Below, piece by piece: positions 57,848 to 64,000 of a DNA stretch of 64,000 nt. Origin of the DNA: Macrostomum lignano. Taxonomy: Eukaryota. A program made the position numbers and the translations under genes. How positions within the stretch are numbered: position 1 is the first letter of the stretch; every line of letters begins with the position of its first letter. The DNA lies in assembly GCA_002269645.1 (NCBI GenBank), contig NIVC01003150.1, forward strand, positions 1 to 64,000. Direction: 5' to 3'. Below the pieces are notes generated by a model. The model saw only the letters and a program-made list of their open reading frames with translations. It did not search any database and was not told the origin of the DNA.

Positions 57848-58415
57848 TAAGTGACAGTGTCAGAAGATCGGGTGAGTGACAGTGCCAGAAGACAGAGTGA
57901 CAGTGCCAGAAGACAGAGTGACAGTGTCAGAAGATGGAGTGACAGTGTCAGAAGACAGAGTGACAGTGTCAGAAGACAGAGTGACAGTGTCAGAAGACAG
58001 AGTGACAGTGTCAGAAGACAGAGTGACAGTGTCAGAAGACAGAGTGACAGTGTCAGAAGACAGAGTGACAGTGCCAGAAGACAGAGTGACAGTGCCAGAA
58101 GACAGAGTGAGAGTGCCAGAAGATGGAGTGACAGTGTCAGAAGACAGAGTGACAGTGTCAGAAGATGGAGTGACAGTGTCAGAAGACAGAGTGACAGTGT
58201 CAGAAGACAGAGTGACAGTGTCAGAAGACAGAGTGACAGTGTCAGAAGACAGAGTGACAGTGCCAGAAGACAGAGTGACAGTGCCAGAAGACAGAGTGAC
58301 AGTGTCAGAAGATGGAGTGACAGTGTCAGAAGACAGAGTGACAGTGTCAGAAGACAGAGTGACAGTGTCACAAGACAGAGTGACAGTGTCACAAGACGGA
58401 GTGACAGTGTCAGAA
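57848..58415. repeat. 21-bp minisatellite (~27 copies)
   Basis: Unit GTGACAGTGTCAGAAGACAGA. Confidence 0.95.
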
Positions 58416-58483
58416 ACTGGGGCACTGCCAAACCCGTATAAGCATTATAATTGGCCATCGCTGGTCCCCTGGATGCCCTTCAG

Positions 58484-58690
58484 CTGCAGATTCGCCAGCC
58501 GCAGTCCCGACGGCTGTGCCGCAGCGACAGCGGCTCCAATACCCGACCCAGCGGCGCTTATCGGTCGCTAAGCAACAGTTTCGGTAGCGGCGCCGATTCG
58601 AAAAGTTGTAGCTCGCGATCCGGCGGCGCCGTTGCTAATGACAGCAAAATTGCGGCGGCGAAATTGCCTTTCCGACAAACAGCACTTTGA
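58484..58690 (+). CDS. ARHGAP19: ARHGAP19-like, probable last exon
   Basis: Phase-0 acceptor (58484 or 58490); Ser/Gly-rich coding-like sequence to a stop at 58690. Confidence 0.5.
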   Translation: MQIRQPQSRRLCRSDSGSNTRPSGAYRSLSNSFGSGADSKSCSSRSGGAVANDSKIAAAKLPFRQTAL

Positions 58691-59049
58691 TGATAAACTA
58701 GCTACGACAGCCGTTTCCACTGCGTGTATAAGTTTATATTGTTTTGTAGCAATCTCGTTTACTTCTGCTTTTAAATGCCTGTAAATATGCTAAGTTACAT
58801 ATGTAGATAATGCGGAAAAATATTTAAGTTTTTATAGTGTTAGCGACAATATGAAATTTGATTCAACAATTAAGTATGCGTAAATATTGATGTTATATTT
58901 TGCACCGTTATTTGGGAACAATAATATAATAATAATTGGTTACAAAAATATAATTTTTATTAATAAAGTTAACGATTTGTAAACTAACTAATTTAGCTAG
59001 CAAAATTAGTTCTCATCCCTGTATGCTTCCTTCGTTGGAGCCTGAATAA

Positions 59050-59179
59050 TCTGTCTGTCTGTCTGTCTGCCTGTCTGTCTGTCTGTCTGCCTGTCTGCCT
59101 GCCTGTCTGTCTGTCTGTCTGTCTGCCTGTCTGCCTGCCTGTCTGCCTGTCTGTCTGTCTGTCTGTCTGTCAGTCATAG

Positions 59180-59266
<87 letters not shown>

Positions 59267-59272
59267 ATATCT
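59050..59272. repeat. (CTGT)n microsatellite
   Basis: Direct reading. Confidence 0.95.
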
Positions 59273-60473
59273 GTCGCTCAGACAGATAGGCACACTGCTC
59301 TGTCCAGAAGGGTGGAAGGTTTTTTGCATGCACAAATTCAGATTCTGTGCCAAATTCTCACGATGTGAAATTCCATGCTTGTGAAAGCGCTCCGCCCCAA
59401 TGCAAGAGATGAGTTGTCCGCAATGTCTGGCAACCTTCTCGCGATTCTCTTTGCTCCCCTTCTCTCGTGTCCAGTTCTCATGATTCCTATATATTTGGCC
59501 TCGATTCTATTACGAGTCGACCAAGTCAACAAACAACTATTCCTAAATTATTAATTATGTCGCATGCGAACTTCTTGCCTTGAATATTGCCTTCCCGTCT
59601 CAGTCTTTGTTTCTACTATATCCTAAGTCTTTGTTTCTATGCATACAAAGACTTGGAAATCGGTACGCTCGTATTGAATCCTTGGCGGAACAGCTGACAG
59701 GACAGGACAGGACCACATTAGAAGCGCTTTCTATAAGTTACTCGAGATAAGACTGATGATTACTTACCTAGTCTACAGAGCATAAGGGAGTAGTATCTGA
59801 GAAAATGGATAATTTGTTTGAGTTCCCACCGTTAAGCGTCGAATAAGTCAGTCTATTTAGCAGCCCACTGTGGCGCTGCCAAGCTACAGAACAGACTGCT
59901 CAACTATAGCTATGTTTGACTTCATTTCATAACCTTTACAGTTTATGGCAGATTTTGGCAATCGTCCAAGTTTTAATTTTCCCATTTAACTGGCTATTAA
60001 CGAGCTAAAATATTATTTATACGCTTCTATTCGAAATAATTCTTGCTAAATTAGCAAGCTAAAGCTATAAACTATAACGAGTATGACTCACTGTCTCAAG
60101 CCTCTCTTGTTCTGAGCTAATACCAAGGAGTCCTATTGGCTAATATATATAGAACAGGATAAACAGTTTGTCGAGTTTGGGAAAACAGCGTTTGGGAAGG
60201 GGGGTAACCGAATTATTTTGGACATCAGACATGACAAAAGTTCCGTTTTTAGACTGGGTGGTCTTCAAAAACAACTTGTATACTCTTAAGTTATATGAAT
60301 CAGTTTTGCATTTGAAGGGCTTCTATATATGTGCCAGTCTGCTTGCTTATTATTTAAATATGCTGTGTCCGTTGTATGTAAAGTTCTCTTCCTGCTATAT
60401 ATATCGGAAATTAATAACACTGTTTTTGTGCTTCGATTGTAAATTGAATAAAGAATATAATCCGCAGTGCAGT

Positions 60474-61204
60474 CAGGGGCGTCACCGCCAAGGATGGGAA
60501 ATGCTTTGTGCGACCCGTTAATCAACCATTTTTGTCTCCGAGCGCCAAAATATAGCACCGGGGCCAAAATGAGTGCCTGCGGCGCCAAAATGAGTGTCTG
60601 CGGCGCTAAAATGAGTGCCTGCGGCGCTAAAATGAGTGCATGCGGCGCCAAAATATAGCACCGGGGCCAAAATGAGTGCCTGCGGCGCCAAAATGAGTGT
60701 CTGCGGCGCTAAAATGAGTGCCTGCGGCGCTAAAATGAGTGCCTGCGGCGCTAAAATGAGTGCCTGCGGCGCTAAAATGAGTGCCTGCGGCGCCAAAATG
60801 AGTGCCTGCGGCGCCAAAATGAGTGCATGCGGCGCTAAAATGAGTGCCTGCTGCGCCAAAATGAGTGCCTGCGGTGCTAAAATGAGTGCCTGCGGCGCTA
60901 AAATGAGTGCCTGCTGCGCCAAAATGAGTGCATGCGGCGCCAAAATGAGTGCATGCGGCGCCAAAATGAGTGTCTGCGGCGCAAAAATGAGTGTCTGCTG
61001 CGCCAAAATGAGTGCCTGCGGCGCCAAAATGAGTGTCTGCTGCGCCAAAATGAGTGTCTGCTGCGCCATAATGAGTGCCTGCAGCTCAAAAATGATTGCT
61101 GACAACACTGATTCCCAAAATAATGAAGGAATTTAATTGTCATTAAAAATTCTTGGCTTTATTGCCCCTATAGTCATAATATCCATCGCATGACGACGCC
61201 TCTG
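60474..61204. mobile_element. Probable hAT-type MITE carrying the same 21-bp satellite
   Basis: CAGGGGCGTC...GACGCCTCTG termini, degenerate 8-bp TSD (5/8 match), GCGCTAAAATGAGTGCCTGCG array. Confidence 0.6.
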
Positions 61205-61899
61205 GTTCCAGTTGTGCAATTGGTTTTAACCCAGCAATTCACTGGCTATAGCTATATATTAGTGTGTAATTAGGACGAACACATTCCGTCAGATGCAAGT
61301 GTGATTGAGGAGATGAGTAGTGCATGATTTTGGTGCAGAGAACTGAAAAAAAAGCCCTATATCTACATCGCCCTAAATCCTTTAAATCTGAACTGAAGGA
61401 AATTAGGTGGAATAAAATAAAGCTTCTTAATCTCTCGTTGCTAGGTTCCGCTTGCATGATTTCCTCAAGATTTGATCTCCTCACTTTCTACTACTAAAGC
61501 TGATAATTGGTTGGTTTTTATTTGCAGCTTTACAAAACCACGGCAGCTATCTCACCCCACGTCAGCAACAATTAGGATTAGAGCCTTATACCCTGTAGTT
61601 GCACAATCTTCGCGCCTTGATTTTAGCTTCGTATGCTTCGGTCTTAAGCCTCTTGCCATCTGTATGTGCGCCAGTCATCAAAGGGAATGCTTTCAAATCA
61701 ATTTTAAATAGAAAGCTAGGAGTGGCTTCAGTCAGAATTTTCCAGCAAATCGCCCATGCAATGGCCTTCCACCCTCCTCTGAGTCAGCAAGGGCCACTCT
61801 ATATTTTCAAAAGCTCCTTTGGAATTCATGCACAATTTCCTTGTAGTACTACTGTTAAGACTAAGGAGCAAAACGAAAATAGAAATACAACAAACGCAC

Positions 61900-62500
61900 A
61901 TATTACCTAAACAGTGCACGAGGGTAAGATGCTCTTCCAGGAAGGTCTGCACCTCGGTGAGAATACCTCGGTTTTCCAAGCTGAAATTTGCGCCATTGAG
62001 CAGTGCGCCCAGCACCTGCTCCAGGTGAACATTAATAACTTCAATATTAACTTTTACACTGATAGCCAAGCCACTATTAAGGCCTTAACCACCGAGAATA
62101 TCTCCGCTGCTACAGTATCTTAATGCCACCGCAGTGTGCAATCTCTCTCAGTCCTTAACAGGATTAGAATTATCTGGACACCCGGTCACAGCAACATCCT
62201 GGGCAACGAACTCGCGGACTCTCTCGCCAAGAAGGGCAGCAACCCAGACGGCAATTAACCACCGTCTGATGAGGCTACCCACTCCCAGGTCACAAGTCAC
62301 CCACCATATCAACAGATGGCTCCACCAGCAACACCAGCTTCACTGGAACAGCTGCACCGACTACAGGCAGACCCGCTCTGCTATGCCTAATCTGAACAGG
62401 AAAGTATCTGATTATCTGATCTCGCTTAACAGAACCGACCTCAGGGAGATGTGCATGGTCCTGCCATGCATGGCTTCTTCCAGAGACATATATCTCGCTG
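61900..62500 (+). pseudogene. Non-LTR retrotransposon RNase H fragment, degenerate
   Basis: [10 protein letters not shown]...[12 protein letters not shown] and [22 protein letters not shown] in shifting frames. Confidence 0.8.
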
Positions 62501-64000
62501 CAAACCGGTTGCCCTCCCACCTGTCCTTTTTCATAGGAGGAGACCGCGGAGCATCACGTCACCTTCTGCCCCTTACTTCAACAAGGGCGCAGCATAAATA
62601 CCTCGGCCACCCCCAGCGGATGCATGGACGAGCTGACCACACCCCGGACAATATCCGTGACCTTCGCGCCTCGTCCGGGACTCCGGCCGGATGAGGGTCG
62701 CCGATGCCTCCACTGCGAACCTGCCGACTACTGGCGGGGACTGGGCGCACCCCCAGGGTTCATCCTTGTTGTGCTCTTACCTTGGGGTTGCGATAGGGGC
62801 TCCCCGTCAGTAGTAAGTACATGTAAGTACCCAAACAGTGTGTCAAAGATGATAACAATACGAAAATTGTTATAAAAATAAACCAAAGTAATCTAAAAAT
62901 TAAAATTGCGCTAATTGTCTGCGTGAAATGAAGTTTAAAATTTTGTTAAGCCTTGCCATTTTTCAAACAACTTTTTAAATTTATGATAATGTTTTCTAAG
63001 ATAGTACGTCGTATATTGCCAGCCAGCAATCTTTAAATTCGTGATTCGATATTTGATATTAACTGATATACCTGATATACTTATTTTAATCACTTACTGG
63101 ATGAATTGCTCTCCATGAATTTCATACAGTATCTGTTTTATAATTCCTCATTTAAATACTTTTCGTTTCGTAGCCGTTAAAGATCGTTTGAAGATTCGTA
63201 GAAAAGTGTTAAGCCGCTCTTTCAAATTACTATACTTTTACAAAAAATCGGGTAGTGTAGCTCGCTTGGCGGCAATCCTGAAGAATCCCGCGTTTAATTA
63301 TTTTACGGAATTATTTCGCCCTCTATTCAAGGGTGGTGGGGGGTGGGGTTTAAATTAAACGCGGGAATCTTCAGGATAACCCGCTTGGCTAGTAAAAGGA
63401 AAATGAATCCGAATTCTTTCCGCCCCGGACTTCACTCTGCCGTACGGACTAACTCATGTGTTCTCCAATATCGATTTGTTCAATAATTTTTCTAATTTTT
63501 CTTGTTTACCTACAACCAACTCCACATATTTATTCGCAAAACCTGTTCAATTTCGTTGTTGAAAAAATAAACCTGAAGATGCACCTAGGAGTGCAAAACG
63601 CGTTGTTACTTACACAATGTTGATTTTCAGATTCATTTTCCTTTTACAAAAAAGTTCTGATCATACTTTAAATGTAACCCTCCAGCAGGCTCCAGCTGGC
63701 CTCTTCAGTCCTCTTGAATAATTATTTAATACATTGAATTATACTGGCCAACCAACCATGCATTTTGCCTGAGCCAAAATGACTACTATGTATATTAAGA
63801 TTAAAGATTTTAGTTTAGTTCAAATTAGCCGTCATTGACAAGCATTAATTGTTCCATATTGTTTAACCTAGTCTAGATAATTCACATTTACTCTATATAT
63901 TTTTTATCATGAGCTGTCAGGCATTCTACTTAGTTAGAGTGTATGATAAACTAATAATCTATCTAGACGTAGCCAGTTAGTTACCTTAACTGTAGCTAGG

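Overview
Repeat-rich animal genomic DNA with spliceosomal introns, probably invertebrate; the host cannot be identified from sequence alone. Host genes: an MRPL14 exon (-), SLC12A8-like transporter (-, 3 exons), intronless RPL39 (-, absent from the ORF track), an MKK3/4/6-type MAP2K (-, 3 exons seen) and an ARHGAP19-like RhoGAP (+, about 6 exons). Many introns hold minisatellites or MITEs. The main find is a 10.5-kb Polinton/Maverick(adintovirus)-like endogenous virus at 5198-15700 with both ends intact (~640-bp TIRs, 6-bp TSD GGGGGT). It has integrase, major and minor capsid, adenain protease and packaging ATPase, but no DNA polymerase or helicase. Its left block instead encodes a Fic (AMPylase) protein, possible PC4-like and SSB-like proteins, and a divergent two-repeat TATA-binding-protein (TBP)-like ORF. 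An exact TATAAATA box precedes 7 of its genes, suggesting a virus-encoded TBP/promoter system. A full-length Gypsy LTR element (36464-46526) has a tRNA-Leu PBS, a -1 frameshift site, a broken pol, an extra unknown ORF and no visible PPT. Protein calls rest on motif recognition by eye; novelty needs database searches.
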